Source of the DNA: Alphaproteobacteria bacterium
Lineage (GTDB): Bacteria > Pseudomonadota > Alphaproteobacteria > UBA828
Direction of reading: 5' to 3'
Length of the DNA stretch: 64,000 nucleotides
Assembly (NCBI GenBank): GCA_963667785.2
Contig: CAXXMU010000006.1
Coordinates: 960,001-1,024,000, forward strand
Shown here: positions 28,648 through 39,434 of the stretch, one piece after another
Position numbering within the stretch: the stretch's first letter is position 1
How the letters are laid out: each line of letters opens with the position of its first letter
The notes under the pieces: model-generated
Databases searched by the model: none
Seen by the model: the letters and a program-made list of their open reading frames with translations, nothing else
What the model was told of the DNA's origin: nothing
Translations under genes and position numbers: made by a program

Positions 28648-30943
28648 GCTTCAATGAGGCCGGGGCGACGAAGCCCCGGAATTGTCCACGTCGCCACTCG
28701 CTAGGACGCGGGAAAACTTGCTTCAATGAGGCCGGGCCGACGAAGCCCCGGAATTTTCCGCGTCGCCAGTACGAAATCCGCACTATCCGCCTGCTTCAAT
28801 GAGGCCGGGGCGACGAAGCCCCGGAATTCTCGCCGAAGCGACAATCGCCGATGCGCAGGCGGCGCTTCAATGAGGCCGGGGCGACGAAGCCCCGGAATTC
28901 ACGTCTACGCCATCCTGGAGTCGTGCGGCTTCCGCGTGCTTCAATGAGGCCGGGGCGACGAAGCCCCGGAATTCACGATGCAAGCCGCCTTGAACTCCGC
29001 CGGCACGCGGCTTCAATGAGGCCGGGGCGACGAAGCCCCGGAATTCAGGAAGTGAATGCGGCACTCGCGGAAACCGGCGAGCTTCAATGAGGCCGGGGCG
29101 ACGAAGCCCCGGAATTCTCCCCATGTCGCCGAGACGGCCGCGCCGTTCTCGAGGCTTCAATGAGGCCGGGGCGACGAAGCCCCGGAATTGTCGCAACAAC
29201 AGGAGGGCGTCGCAATGGCGTTCAATCGCTTCAATGAGGCCGGGGCGACGAAGCCCCGGAATTGTCGCAGGGTGAGCGATGCGCCCTGGAGGCCGTGGCG
29301 GCTTCAATGAGGCCGGGGCGACGAAGCCCCGGAATTGGCGCCTTCCTCGGCTGCGTCATCATGTGGGGCCTGAAGCTTCAATGAGGCCGGGGCGACGAAG
29401 CCCCGGAATTGCACGGCATGGAGCAGCACGACTACGCCATCCGCAGGCTTCAATGAGGCCGGGGCGACGAAGCCCCGGAATTGCCCACCTGGCCGCGTTT
29501 GGTCGCAAGCATACCGCGCTTCAATGAGGCCGGGGCGACGAAGCCCCGGAATTCCCGCCGGTCAGGCGGGCCGTCTTTTACCGCCTCCGTGCTTCAATGA
29601 GGCCGGGGCGACGAAGCCCCGGAATTCCTGCTCAAGAAGGGCGAGAAAGTCGGCCTGCACAAGCTTCAATGAGGCCGGGGCGACGAAGCCCCGGAATTGG
29701 CGATCGGCGACCCGCCATGGCTGCTGACGGATGGCTCGCTTCAATGAGGCCGGGGCGACGAAGCCCCGGAATTGTGGCGGCGTAGTACGGCCTCGCGTGC
29801 AGCAAAGCCTGGCTTCAATGAGGCCGGGGCGACGAAGCCCCGGAATTGATGACACGACCGACAACGCCTGGAAGTTCTGGGTGCTTCAATGAGGCCGGGG
29901 CGACGAAGCCCCGGAATTCGGGTCGATGCGCCAGGTATGGCCGTGGCGCTCGCCGCTTCAATGAGGCCGGGGCGACGAAGCCCCGGAATTTCGCTCAGGT
30001 TCCCGGCGGTATCGACCGCGCGGGCGCTGCTTCAATGAGGCCGGGGCGACGAAGCCCCGGAATTTGCACCCGCAAGAGCGCGTCGCCCTCGAGGCCGACC
30101 AGGCTTCAATGAGGCCGGGGCGACGAAGCCCCGGAATTGTCGCTCAAGGCGCAGTTGCACCCGCTTTATGCGCTGCTTCAATGAGGCCGGGGCGACGAAG
30201 CCCCGGAATTATTCTTCGCCTGTATCGCGTGCGGATGCCCGGATGCAGGGCTTCAATGAGGCCGGGGCGACGAAGCCCCGGAATTGCCGTCATGAGCGTC
30301 GAATTCAGCGCCGATGGATCGTTGCTTCAATGAGGCCGGGGCGACGAAGCCCCGGAATTTACGCCTCTATCATGCCGACATAGCCGACGATGATATCGCT
30401 TCAATGAGGCCGGGGCGACGAAGCCCCGGAATTAGATCGTACGGGAGCTTCGGGTTGCCGGGGTGCCTGGCTTCAATGAGGCCGGGGCGACGAAGCCCCG
30501 GAATTTGCGGCACGCGCGGCTACGTCGGTCGCCGCGAGGGTTAGCTTCAATGAGGCCGGGGCGACGAAGCCCCGGAATTTCGTGCCGATGATTAGGGTGT
30601 GCATTGCGCTATGCGCTTCAATGAGGCCGGGGCGACGAAGCCCCGGAATTCGCGGCCAGCGGCGCGGGCAACGTCACCTACATGTCCTAGCTTCAATGAG
30701 GCCGGGGCGACGAAGCCCCGGAATTCAGGATGTTGTTGGTGTGGTTCGTGGCTGCTTTCGTGCTTCAATGAGGCCGGGGCGACGAAGCCCCGGAATTAAG
30801 CGCCGCCGAGCCGAGCCGCCCGTCGCGAGGCCGCTTCAATGAGGCCGGGGCGACGAAGCCCCGGAATTGTGGTATGACCGCTCGCGTGAGAATCTCGTGC
30901 AGAGCGGGCTTCAATGAGGCCGGGGCGACGAAGCCCCGGAATT
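28648..30943 (-). CRISPR. CRISPR array, 32 repeats of 36 bp and 31 spacers of about 34-39 bp (type I-G)
   Basis: Plus-strand repeat GCTTCAATGAGGCCGGGGCGACGAAGCCCCGGAATT; transcribed form ends ATTGAAGC; one variant repeat at 28720 near the trailer end; cas2 adjacent. Confidence 0.98.
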
Positions 30944-31188
30944 AGCATACGTTGCAACCTCCTGTGACTTGGGCCGGAATTCGCGCGATTTCGAGCGGCT
31001 CGAACCTAACCACCTCAAGTGGGCACTCGGATCCCGAGTCGATGCCTTCACGATGTCAAAGAGCCTAACGGAATCAGCGTTCAACTGCGAATCGAGCGAC
31101 CCCTGGCCGTCCCTCGCTGCCGCACCGCTCGAAACCGCGCGGCGGCGGAGAGAGCCGACCCTCGGCACTTTGCGACCAGCGGTCGACA
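30944..31188 (-). promoter_or_regulatory. CRISPR leader
   Basis: Non-coding stretch between the cas2 stop and the first repeat. Confidence 0.7.
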
Positions 31189-31482
31189 TCATATCACGAC
31201 CGCCTGCCGCTCTATGGCGGTGAAGGTCTTGCCGATGCTCTCGACGACGAGCGCAGTCCGGTCCACTGGTCCGACGTCGATCAGCAGGACGTGATCCTCC
31301 CCCGTCTTGACGAGCTCGCGGAGCCGCGTTTCCAGCTCGGCACGGCGTCGGCGCGACAGCCGGCATTGGAAGACGGAGAGCTGAAGCCACTCTCCGAAGC
31401 CGTTCATGGTCTTGAAGACGCGACGCCAGCGCCGGGCGTCGGCGATGTCGTAGGTGACGATATAGGTCCGTTCATCCTTCAT
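31189..31482 (-). CDS. cas2: CRISPR-associated endonuclease Cas2
   Basis: YIVTYDIADARRWRRVFK...GEWLQLSVFQC. Confidence 0.95.
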   Translation of the reverse strand: MKDERTYIVTYDIADARRWRRVFKTMNGFGEWLQLSVFQCRLSRRRRAELETRLRELVKTGEDHVLLIDVGPVDRTALVVESIGKTFTAIERQAVVI

Positions 31483-31490
31483 CGCGCGCC

Positions 31491-33167
31491 TCACCGTGGA
31501 AGATAGTGGGGGTAAGCCGGCAGTTCGCCCAGCAGATGTCGGCTCAGCAGTCGCGCTTGCGTGACCAGTAGCCGACGCATGCTCAGTCGATAGCCGAACA
31601 GCGGGTGCGTGGCCTCCTGCGAGAGCCGGCGCTCGAAGGCGGTGACGAATCGGCGGCGGCCGGCCGCGCTGAGGGCGGTGCCGGTGGCGCCGGAGACGAA
31701 ATCAGCCGCCGAAACCTCGCCGGTATTGACCACCGTGAGCACCACCGAATCGGCGATCACCGGCCTGAAGGGCTCCATCAAGTCGAGTGCAAGCGCCGGC
31801 CTGCCGTGACGCGGCGTGTGAAACAGGCCGCGGTAGGGGTCAAGCCCGACCGAGGCGAGCGCAACGGTCAGATGTCGGGTCAGCATCGCGTAGGCGAGCG
31901 ACAGCATTGCGTTCACCGGGTCGGTCGGCGGTCGGCGGTTGCGCGCCTCGAAGCGGAACGGCGCCATATCCCCGGCCTCGTCCTTGTCCGCCGCTGGCGG
32001 CGCCAGCAACCCGGCGAAGGCGCGGAAGTAGGCCGCCGCGGCATCGCCCTCGAAACCCAGCAGTGTCGCCAGCGTCGGTGCGCGCGCTGCAGAACGGCGC
32101 ACCCTGTCGAGCCGGTCCATCACCGGCTTTCTCTCCTCCTTGGTGCCCCGCCAGTTGCGGCGCAGGATGGTCCTCTGGTTAACGATCTTGGCGGCGATCA
32201 GGTCGCGCGCAAAGCGCAGGCAGGCAGCTTCGTCGAAGCTCGCCCGGTACTGCGCTGTACGTACCTCGACATTGCGGTGGCCGACGCCGTGGGCAATACC
32301 CCGGAACCAGCCGCCGTGGCTGTGGAAGGTAACCGGAATTTCGCGCTCCATCAGCGCCCCGAGCACGGGCGTGGTGATGGCGACGTTGCCGAACAGTGCC
32401 ACGTCGGAGACCTCCATCAGGCGCACCGTAGTGTCGCCCTGCTCCTCATCGACGATCTTGAGCATCTCTCCGGTCTTGGTGATACGCGCCCGCTGCGACT
32501 GCACGACCAGCGGCAGCGCCTCGTCGGCGGGCACGGCGATAGGGCGGGGCGCGAGGTCCGATCCGCCGAGTGCGTTGACTTCGTCCGGTAGACAGACCGA
32601 GACCAGGGCGCAGCGCGGGCACTTGGGGCTGTCCCGCAGCGGTGGTGGGATGCGCCCGTGGGCGACGGTGAGGCGCAGGCGGTTCACCGCGTCGTGTGTT
32701 GCGTGCCGCAACCCGTCGTCCAGAGCGACGCGCACCCGCTCGCGGCTCTCCGCGTACCAAATCGCCCCTTCCTCCACGCGGTAGCCGTGCTCCTCCAGCA
32801 GCAGCGCCTGGAGGCAAACCTGGACGCGCTCCGGCTCGTAGGCGCCGCGCGCGACATGTGGGCGCTTGCCGCGCTTGTAGTCGACCGGTGTCACCGCACC
32901 GTCCTCGGCCTCGGCGACGTCGATCTTCGCAATTACACCGAGCCGCTCCGAGGAGAGGGTGAGCGCACGGCTGGCGATCTTCTCCGGCGCGTCCTCCAGC
33001 GCGTCGGGTGTCGGCAGGGGCGCGCTCGCGCGATCGACGCGGGCGTGGACGCGGCGCCCCTCCACCGTGTCGCCGGTCTCTGCCCATTCGGCTTGCACCC
33101 ACATGAGGTAGGCGAGACGCGGGCAATAGACGAATTCGTTCACCATCCGCGCCGGCACCAGCGGCAC
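31491..33167 (-). CDS. cas4/cas1: Cas4-Cas1 fusion (true start may lie slightly upstream)
   Basis: YCPR, PVDYKRG, PKCPRCALVSVCLP (Cas4); GFEGDAAAAYF, RRPPTDPVNAMLS, LALDLMEPFR (Cas1). Confidence 0.95.
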   Translation of the reverse strand: MPLVPARMVNEFVYCPRLAYLMWVQAEWAETGDTVEGRRVHARVDRASAPLPTPDALEDAPEKIASRALTLSSERLGVIAKIDVAEAEDGAVTPVDYKRGKRPHVARGAYEPERVQVCLQALLLEEHGYRVEEGAIWYAESRERVRVALDDGLRHATHDAVNRLRLTVAHGRIPPPLRDSPKCPRCALVSVCLPDEVNALGGSDLAPRPIAVPADEALPLVVQSQRARITKTGEMLKIVDEEQGDTTVRLMEVSDVALFGNVAITTPVLGALMEREIPVTFHSHGGWFRGIAHGVGHRNVEVRTAQYRASFDEAACLRFARDLIAAKIVNQRTILRRNWRGTKEERKPVMDRLDRVRRSAARAPTLATLLGFEGDAAAAYFRAFAGLLAPPAADKDEAGDMAPFRFEARNRRPPTDPVNAMLSLAYAMLTRHLTVALASVGLDPYRGLFHTPRHGRPALALDLMEPFRPVIADSVVLTVVNTGEVSAADFVSGATGTALSAAGRRRFVTAFERRLSQEATHPLFGYRLSMRRLLVTQARLLSRHLLGELPAYPHYLPR

Positions 33168-33226
33168 GTCGCCGCTCGCCGGCGGGGCGGGGAGAGAGAG
33201 TTCGAGTTGGGTGGTGGTCAGTGCAC

Positions 33227-34213
33227 CTAACCTTCTTCGGTCACCGTCCTGGCTCTCGTAAAACTCATGTATTTGCCGACATGAATCCTTCGTGCACGTC
33301 GGCGCTCAGCGATGCTAAGCGCTGCACGCGTCTCCTCGCGGTCGAGGTGCGGATGGTTGATCAACGCCCGCATGCCTGCAAGACTGACTGGTTCGCGCCA
33401 AATTGGCCAACCAAGAGTAATGAGGCGATCGATATCTCTCCCCCCACCAAGGATCGACAGTTCCGTTTCACCGAATTGTTTCCGCGGGACGACAGTCAGA
33501 ACAGAAAGGCCAATAGCAGCCAGCCTGTTGGCCCCATGTTGCGTGGGTTGCTTATCGTCAGTTGGAGCGCTCCGGCGTAGTGCGTGACGAGCATCTTCAT
33601 TCGGATCCCATCTGAAGGCACTCGTCTTGCCCAGTCCATCCGTCCTGTCTGGCCTCTTCCAAGCCTTGAACAGTGCTTCACATAAACAATCGTACTCGGA
33701 AATCTCGACGTTCTTCCTAGAGGATCCGCGCTTTGGCGGCGTTCGGCGATTCGCGACTGACTGGAAGGTCCTGAGGAAGTTTGTCTTGCCAGTACCAAGA
33801 AGACACAAGGGTGTAGGTCTTGTTTTTCCCTCCTTGTCAGTGACTACATTGCTGAGTAACGCTGCCCATAAATCAGCACTGTAGCGATCACTAATCGAAT
33901 TCGCAGCAGCGTGTTGGAGTTTCTCTCTGGCATGTTTTGAAGGAAGCTTAAGCTCCGTGAGATCATCGAACTCATGGTATTGTGCAAGCATGCCAAGTCC
34001 TTCGGCGACCGCCTCGATCACGGCGTCTCGATCCGCTACATCCGGAACTCGAAGAGCTGGGCGAAGCGGCGGCTCATCCACTGTCCAGGACACGCGCGGG
34101 TGCCAGCCTGCGCGGACCTCTTCGAGGGTGCGCAGCAGACCCAACAACGCCATGAAGGCCAGCAGGTTGTCGGGCTCCAGCCCGTCGAGACGATGAACCA
34201 CGTGGCTGGTCAT
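33227..34213 (-). CDS. Type I-G small Cas8-like subunit (Cas8g/Csb3-like)
   Basis: LDGLEPDNLLAFMALLGLLR N-terminus, FRWDP and GANRLAAIGL motifs; lies between cas3 and cas4-cas1. Confidence 0.7.
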   Translation of the reverse strand: MTSHVVHRLDGLEPDNLLAFMALLGLLRTLEEVRAGWHPRVSWTVDEPPLRPALRVPDVADRDAVIEAVAEGLGMLAQYHEFDDLTELKLPSKHAREKLQHAAANSISDRYSADLWAALLSNVVTDKEGKTRPTPLCLLGTGKTNFLRTFQSVANRRTPPKRGSSRKNVEISEYDCLCEALFKAWKRPDRTDGLGKTSAFRWDPNEDARHALRRSAPTDDKQPTQHGANRLAAIGLSVLTVVPRKQFGETELSILGGGRDIDRLITLGWPIWREPVSLAGMRALINHPHLDREETRAALSIAERRRARRIHVGKYMSFTRARTVTEEG

Positions 34214-37152
34214 GACGCGCCCTCCTCCTCCGACGCCCGGTGGTCGGCAAGGCGTAGGATCGCCTCCAGGTGGGCCAGGCCCCATATCCCGTACCGCCGT
34301 TTGAGGTCGTCGAACAGGGACGGCCAATCGACGCCCTCGAAGTCGAAGGCCAGGGACTGCGGCCCCGGTTGCTCCGCCGTCAACCGCCATGCGGGAGCGC
34401 CGAGACATGGCAGCACGTTCTGCGCCGGTTCTGGATCGAGGAAATCGAAGAGCGGCCGCCCGAATCCGTGATGACTCCCGATCAGCCAGAGCACGAGGGC
34501 GGGATCGTGCACGTCCGCGAAGCGGGGATGCGCCCGCGCCATCCGCACCGAGAGCGCTTCGTGCCGCCAGCCCTTTGGTAGCCCGGCGCGTTCCCCCGCG
34601 CTTGGCGACCGGGACCGTCCGCTCTTGGCCAGCGGCGGTCCGTCGGGCCGGTTCCAGGGATCGCCGCCCGACAGCATGGTCTGAAAGCGCGGGTCCGCCT
34701 TGCCGGCGTCGTGCAGGAAGGCCGCAAGCCAAAGATCAGTGGCGACCTCTTTGAGGCCGATCGTCTTGGCGAAGCGTTTGGCCAAACCGGCGACGCGGTG
34801 ACCGTGATCGTCGAGGGACACCGGTTTGGCGGCGGTGTACGAAACGGTGTCGTCTTCGGTTGCGGGTGCGGCGGATTCCGGCGCGCCCTCGCCATCGACC
34901 CCGTGCGCCGCGACAAGTACGGCGCCACTCCCTCGGCCCTCACCATAGGGAAAATGAATGTCGATCCGTCCTCTGGCGCGTTGCAGCGCTTCCAGCGGCT
35001 TCCTCACGTCGCGGAGCGACAGGCCGTCATCGTCCGTAGCCTCGCCGTCTTCCGTCGTTCCGGTGGGAGGCAGTGCATCGAGCAGACGTTCCACCAGATC
35101 GGGACCGGCGATGCCGTCGTCCGCGAGCACCGTCGAGAGCCGGTCCCACTGGGCATCGGTTCGCACGATGTCGGGCGCGATCCGAACCACGCAACGCCGC
35201 CCCCAGAAGGGTCTTGCTGCCTCGTCGGTGATATCCTTCGCGGGACGGTCGGAAGTGGGTGCCCAGCCGAAGTCGTCGCAACCGCCGTAGTCGGCGGGGA
35301 CGATCACTATGTCGCCCGGTCGTAACTCCTTCGGCTTCACGACACCCGTGCGTGGATCGTCGGCGCCGGCCCAGCGGAAGGCGAGCCGCCCCTCCCGTCG
35401 ATTCCAACCCGCGCCCGCCTCATCGGCCGCGCGTTCCGGCGCGTCGGACAGGTTAGCCGGCTCATCCTGCACTTGACGCAGCCACGACCGGGCTGTCCAG
35501 AGCGGTACTTCGACCGCCTCGGCCGCACGCGGCGGGACAAGGCGAATCAACTCTTTGAGCTCGTCAGTCATGTCCGCAGTGGAGATATCACCGCGCCAGA
35601 CGATGGAGACTCCGGCGGCTGTCCGCTCTGCGCCGTGCAGGAAGAGCGAGACCTCGGGGTCTGCCGCCGGCCGCGGCCACGTCTGCGACCACAGATCGAG
35701 ATAAGCTGGCATGACGACCGGGGCGTCTGGCCGCTGCGCCACGAGACCGTCCTGATCGATGCCAGCTTCGTCGAGCCGCTTGGGCAGTGCCTCGACGCCG
35801 AAGTTCACATTGCCGTCTTCGGCAAGCTGTTGGAGTGCCCCCCATGTCAGGCGGATGCGATCGCCATAGACCGGATCGTCGGCCTTCTTGCCGATATCCT
35901 CGGAACGAGCCAGGATCGCGCCCTCGGCGGGAATCGGCCGTCCGGCGCGGTTCAGTCGACCGAAGCGCTGGCGCAGCGAATCGAGGGATGCGGCCTGGGT
36001 CACGAGACCGTCCAAGTCGAGATCGACCCCGACCTCCAGACACTGGGTGGCGACGACGAACAGGGGACTGGCTTCCGAGCGGAACTTGGCATCCGTTTTG
36101 AAGGGGGCAAGTCTCTTCGTGATCCCGGACCGGTCCACATCTCGGGAGCGCCCGATCAGCAAGACCGCATCATCGGCGCCACCGTTCGGATCGTCGCCGT
36201 CTTCGCACTTTGGATCGAGCGCCCCATAGATCGTTCGTGCCAGAGCGACCCGGTTGACGACGACGCCGACGGCGGGCGGCGAAACTCCTCGCTCCTTTAG
36301 CCGCAGCATCATCGCACGGGCGGTTTCGGCGAAGGCCCTGGCGACGACCGCATCCTTGCCGCGCTCGACCGTCAATGAGGTGGGCTTGGACGCCCGGAGC
36401 CGCTTCGTCAGTACGGGATGAGCGCGGTCCTCCGGCAGTAGTGGGAACGGCCGCTTCGCCTTTGCTCCCGGCGTGGCGGACAGGAGGGCCAACTTGACCT
36501 TGGCCCTGCCCACGCACCGCACGCTGGCAAGCGTCTGTCGGAACGGTTCCGACAGATGCGCCTCGTCCAGTAGGATCAAGCTGTCGGTGCCGAGCAGGCC
36601 GGCATGGACGGGCTTCATGCGGTCCGACACGCCGTAGCCGCGAAACAGCAGCCGCGAGCCGACCTGATCGACGGTGGAGCTAAGAATCGTCGGTTGCGTC
36701 GGCGTGCGCGCCCAGTCATGCTCGAGCGGCGCGCCGCCGCGAAGCCGCCGGGCGATCAAGGGCGGCGCGCCCTCGCCCGCCAGCTGGCACAGGCGGGCAG
36801 CAACGTCCTTGAGAACTTCATTTGCGCCCGCTTCAGGATTGAGAGCGCTGCAGATAGCGTTGGCGGTTCTCTCGGCGCGCGCGAACGCATCGTCCACCAC
36901 GAGACGGCGGTCCACGACGAGCGCGATCCGCAGGGCAGCTCTTCCCGGCTCATCGGCGCGCAGCGCCAGATGGAACACGGCAGCATCCAGGGCAGCCGTC
37001 TTGCCCGTGCCGGTCGGCAGGTCGAGGACGTCGGGCCATTCGTCGCGTTTGGCGAGCTGTTCCACCAAGGCTTGTTGCCAAGGGAACGGGTCGTGGTCGT
37101 GGATCGCCCGAAAGAACCCGGAGAAGTCGGAAGGGCCGAGTTCCATGCTCAT
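34210..37152 (-). CDS. cas3: Type I-G Cas3 helicase with C-terminal HD nuclease
   Basis: PFPWQ, LPTGTGKT, VVDRR, DEAH, QRFGRLNR; C-terminal DH...LHDAGK...RHE...HHG...ADH. Confidence 0.95.
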   Translation of the reverse strand: MSMELGPSDFSGFFRAIHDHDPFPWQQALVEQLAKRDEWPDVLDLPTGTGKTAALDAAVFHLALRADEPGRAALRIALVVDRRLVVDDAFARAERTANAICSALNPEAGANEVLKDVAARLCQLAGEGAPPLIARRLRGGAPLEHDWARTPTQPTILSSTVDQVGSRLLFRGYGVSDRMKPVHAGLLGTDSLILLDEAHLSEPFRQTLASVRCVGRAKVKLALLSATPGAKAKRPFPLLPEDRAHPVLTKRLRASKPTSLTVERGKDAVVARAFAETARAMMLRLKERGVSPPAVGVVVNRVALARTIYGALDPKCEDGDDPNGGADDAVLLIGRSRDVDRSGITKRLAPFKTDAKFRSEASPLFVVATQCLEVGVDLDLDGLVTQAASLDSLRQRFGRLNRAGRPIPAEGAILARSEDIGKKADDPVYGDRIRLTWGALQQLAEDGNVNFGVEALPKRLDEAGIDQDGLVAQRPDAPVVMPAYLDLWSQTWPRPAADPEVSLFLHGAERTAAGVSIVWRGDISTADMTDELKELIRLVPPRAAEAVEVPLWTARSWLRQVQDEPANLSDAPERAADEAGAGWNRREGRLAFRWAGADDPRTGVVKPKELRPGDIVIVPADYGGCDDFGWAPTSDRPAKDITDEAARPFWGRRCVVRIAPDIVRTDAQWDRLSTVLADDGIAGPDLVERLLDALPPTGTTEDGEATDDDGLSLRDVRKPLEALQRARGRIDIHFPYGEGRGSGAVLVAAHGVDGEGAPESAAPATEDDTVSYTAAKPVSLDDHGHRVAGLAKRFAKTIGLKEVATDLWLAAFLHDAGKADPRFQTMLSGGDPWNRPDGPPLAKSGRSRSPSAGERAGLPKGWRHEALSVRMARAHPRFADVHDPALVLWLIGSHHGFGRPLFDFLDPEPAQNVLPCLGAPAWRLTAEQPGPQSLAFDFEGVDWPSLFDDLKRRYGIWGLAHLEAILRLADHRASEEEGAS

Positions 37153-37736
37153 GCCTCCTGACGGCGGCAGAGCCCGAGCCCGGTAAACCGTCCGGCGCCG
37201 AGGAGAACGGGACCGGCAATCTCCTGCTCGAATTCGATGACAGCGTGGACCAGTCGCCGGCTCGACAGCACGTCCGGTACTTTCCAGCGCATCCATGACG
37301 GCTCCCCTGCCAGGAGCCGGGCCGGCGGCACACCTTCGAGCGCCGAATGCTTGCCAACCTGGACTCGGTCCGGATGTGGGCGCGGCAGGCCAGCGTTCTC
37401 ACAGGCCCTCGCGACGAGCTCCCGCTTCTCGGCCTCGTCTTTCCTCTTCAGATGGCGTTCTAGGACGATCGGCGTGACGCTAGCCCATATGCGCGACGGG
37501 TTGAGATAGGGGCCTGGCCGAAGGGAGCGTTTCCGCTCGCTATCGTCTGGCGCGGGTGCGAGGTGCAACGGCCCGCTCAGGAGCGGTCCCTCCAGCGTCA
37601 GGACGCGTCGTTCCTTGCCGGGGCAATAGTGCGCGACCGCCTCGAAGGCCGCACGGAGCCCCTCGACCCGGTCGAGCGCTATCCCGCGCGGCGGGATCAG
37701 CGCGAAGCCGAGGATCTGGCCGTCGGCATGGGGAAA
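37149..37736 (-). pseudogene. csb2: Csb2 (Cas5-Cas6 fusion), 3' fragment only, cut by the IS1595 element
   Basis: Frame runs from the IS end as FPHADGQILGFALIPP...WASVTPIVL...GPVLLGAGRFTGLGLC (Cas6 G-loop). Confidence 0.85.
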
Positions 37737-37804
37737 GGGAAATTATATCCTTCACTAAGCAGAGTCGGCTTGCTACAATGTGATTGTTCAACGAGGACAG
37801 TGAC

Positions 37805-38791
37805 ATGAAGGCACCCGGCAAGGCGTATCGCGAGGGCATTTCCCTGCCCAAGTTGTTCAAGATGTTCCCTGACGATGCGACGGCAGAGCGTTGGTTCGAG
37901 CAAGAGCGTTGGGGGGAGGCAGGCAAGCCCTCTCACTGCCCGATGTGCGGGAGCGCCGATAAGCTCAGGCCCGTTCCCGCTCGCAAGCCACTCCCCTACT
38001 GGTGCGGCGACTGCCGGCGGCATTTCAGCGTTCGCACCGGCACCGTCATGCACCGCTCCAAGATACCGCTGCAGAAGTGGGTCATCGGCATCTATCTCTG
38101 GTCGGTCTCGCTCAAGGGCGTGTCGTCCATGCGTCTTCACCGGGACCTGGAGATCACCCAGAAGTCCGCCTATTTCATGGCCCAGCGGCTGCGCGAGGCG
38201 TGGTCTGCGAAGTCAGGCGGCATGGCCGGTCCGGTCGAGGCCGACGAAGCCCATTTCGGCGGCAAGCGGAAGAACATGTCGAACGCGAAGCGGAGGGAGC
38301 TGGCGGGGACGGGTCGCGGTGCCGTGGGCAAGACGGCGGTGGCCGGCATCAAGGACCGCGCCACCAACACGATTTCTGCCAAGGTCGTGGACAACACGAA
38401 CAAGGACACCTTGCAGAGTTTCGTCCGGGAGCACGCCAAGCCGGGCGCGACCCTCTACACCGACGAGTCAGGCTCCTACAAGGGGATGGGCGAGTACCAC
38501 CATGAAGCGGTGAACCACTCGGTCTCCGAGTACGTCCGCGATCAGGCACACTGCAACGGCATGGAGAGCCACTGGGCTCTCATGCGCCGCGGCTACCATG
38601 GGACGTTCCACAAGATCAGCCCGAAGCACTTGCAACGCTACGTCGACGAGTTTGCGACCCGGCACAACATGCGCTCGCAGGACACCATCAACATGATGTC
38701 CAAGACCGTCGCAGGGATGGACGGCAAGAGGCTGACCTACGCGGACCTGATCGCGGACAACGGGCTGGACTCGGGGGCGCGCAGCGCCTGA
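37805..38791 (+). CDS. IS1595-family DDE transposase
   Basis: Zn ribbon CPMCG...WCGDCRRHFS, KGVSSMRLHRDL HTH, VEADE, YTDE, VNHS, NGMESHW, HLQRYVDEF. Confidence 0.95.
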   Translation: MKAPGKAYREGISLPKLFKMFPDDATAERWFEQERWGEAGKPSHCPMCGSADKLRPVPARKPLPYWCGDCRRHFSVRTGTVMHRSKIPLQKWVIGIYLWSVSLKGVSSMRLHRDLEITQKSAYFMAQRLREAWSAKSGGMAGPVEADEAHFGGKRKNMSNAKRRELAGTGRGAVGKTAVAGIKDRATNTISAKVVDNTNKDTLQSFVREHAKPGATLYTDESGSYKGMGEYHHEAVNHSVSEYVRDQAHCNGMESHWALMRRGYHGTFHKISPKHLQRYVDEFATRHNMRSQDTINMMSKTVAGMDGKRLTYADLIADNGLDSGARSA

Positions 38792-38813
38792 AAGCAACCG
38801 CCCCGCAGGTTGA

Positions 38814-39086
38814 TTAGCGGCCAGCCATGCGAAGTCTTATGCTCTCGGATTGTGCGCGCTCGATTCCATACACAATAAGATACGGTTTGATGCTCTTTAG
38901 GTGTTCAAACCACACACTATTGTCAGCATCTCGACGCGGGCCGAGGCCCCGCTCGCCCAGGATATCTTTATAAATCTCTATCCATGAACTGACTTCCGCG
39001 TCATATCCCCAGTTTACCTCGCGCTGGAGCTGCTCAATCGCACTCTCAAGAACTTGCGTAATGTTTTCGCGCTCGTCAGTGTTCAT
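38814..39086 (-). CDS. Hypothetical IS passenger protein
   Basis: 90-aa ORF in AT-richer DNA, directly downstream of the co-oriented ORF at 39094-39381. Confidence 0.5.
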   Translation of the reverse strand: MNTDERENITQVLESAIEQLQREVNWGYDAEVSSWIEIYKDILGERGLGPRRDADNSVWFEHLKSIKPYLIVYGIERAQSESIRLRMAGR

Positions 39087-39093
39087 AAGAAAC

Positions 39094-39381
39094 CTATGCG
39101 AACAACTTCAGGACCGCTGTAACAATAGCAGTCACAATAAGTCCCGTTAAAACTACCCCCGCGACGACACCCCTCAGTGCCCATACCTTCAGGGCTTGCA
39201 AATCCTCTTTCGTGGCAACCGTCTCAAACTGAGTTTCAAGACGCGTCAGTCTGTCGGCCAGTCGCATTTCCAGGCGCACAAGATCCGCTGTCGTCGCATA
39301 GCCGTTTGACCCATTACCACCAGCCTTACGGGCCCGCTCGGCGGCAATCTCAACTATGTTTTGATCATCGGACACGGCCAC
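39094..39381 (-). CDS. Small coiled-coil protein with C-terminal TM helix (DUF1640/XhlA-like)
   Basis: ATTADL/ATKEDL repeats, hydrophobic C-terminus, GGAGG RBS. Confidence 0.65.
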   Translation of the reverse strand: MAVSDDQNIVEIAAERARKAGGNGSNGYATTADLVRLEMRLADRLTRLETQFETVATKEDLQALKVWALRGVVAGVVLTGLIVTAIVTAVLKLFA

Positions 39382-39434
39382 CTCCGTTAGACGCGGCTAG
39401 CGCTTGGCCTTCAGCATCTTCTCTTGGCCGCCGG

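Noticed and set aside
28684-30907. Spacers targeting sequence inside this window
   Set aside because: No match found by eye; a BLAST search is needed to exclude it properly
28512-30943. Many short ORFs with repeated MRPGRRSPGI or FNEAGATKPRN peptides
   Set aside because: These are translations of CRISPR repeats, not genes
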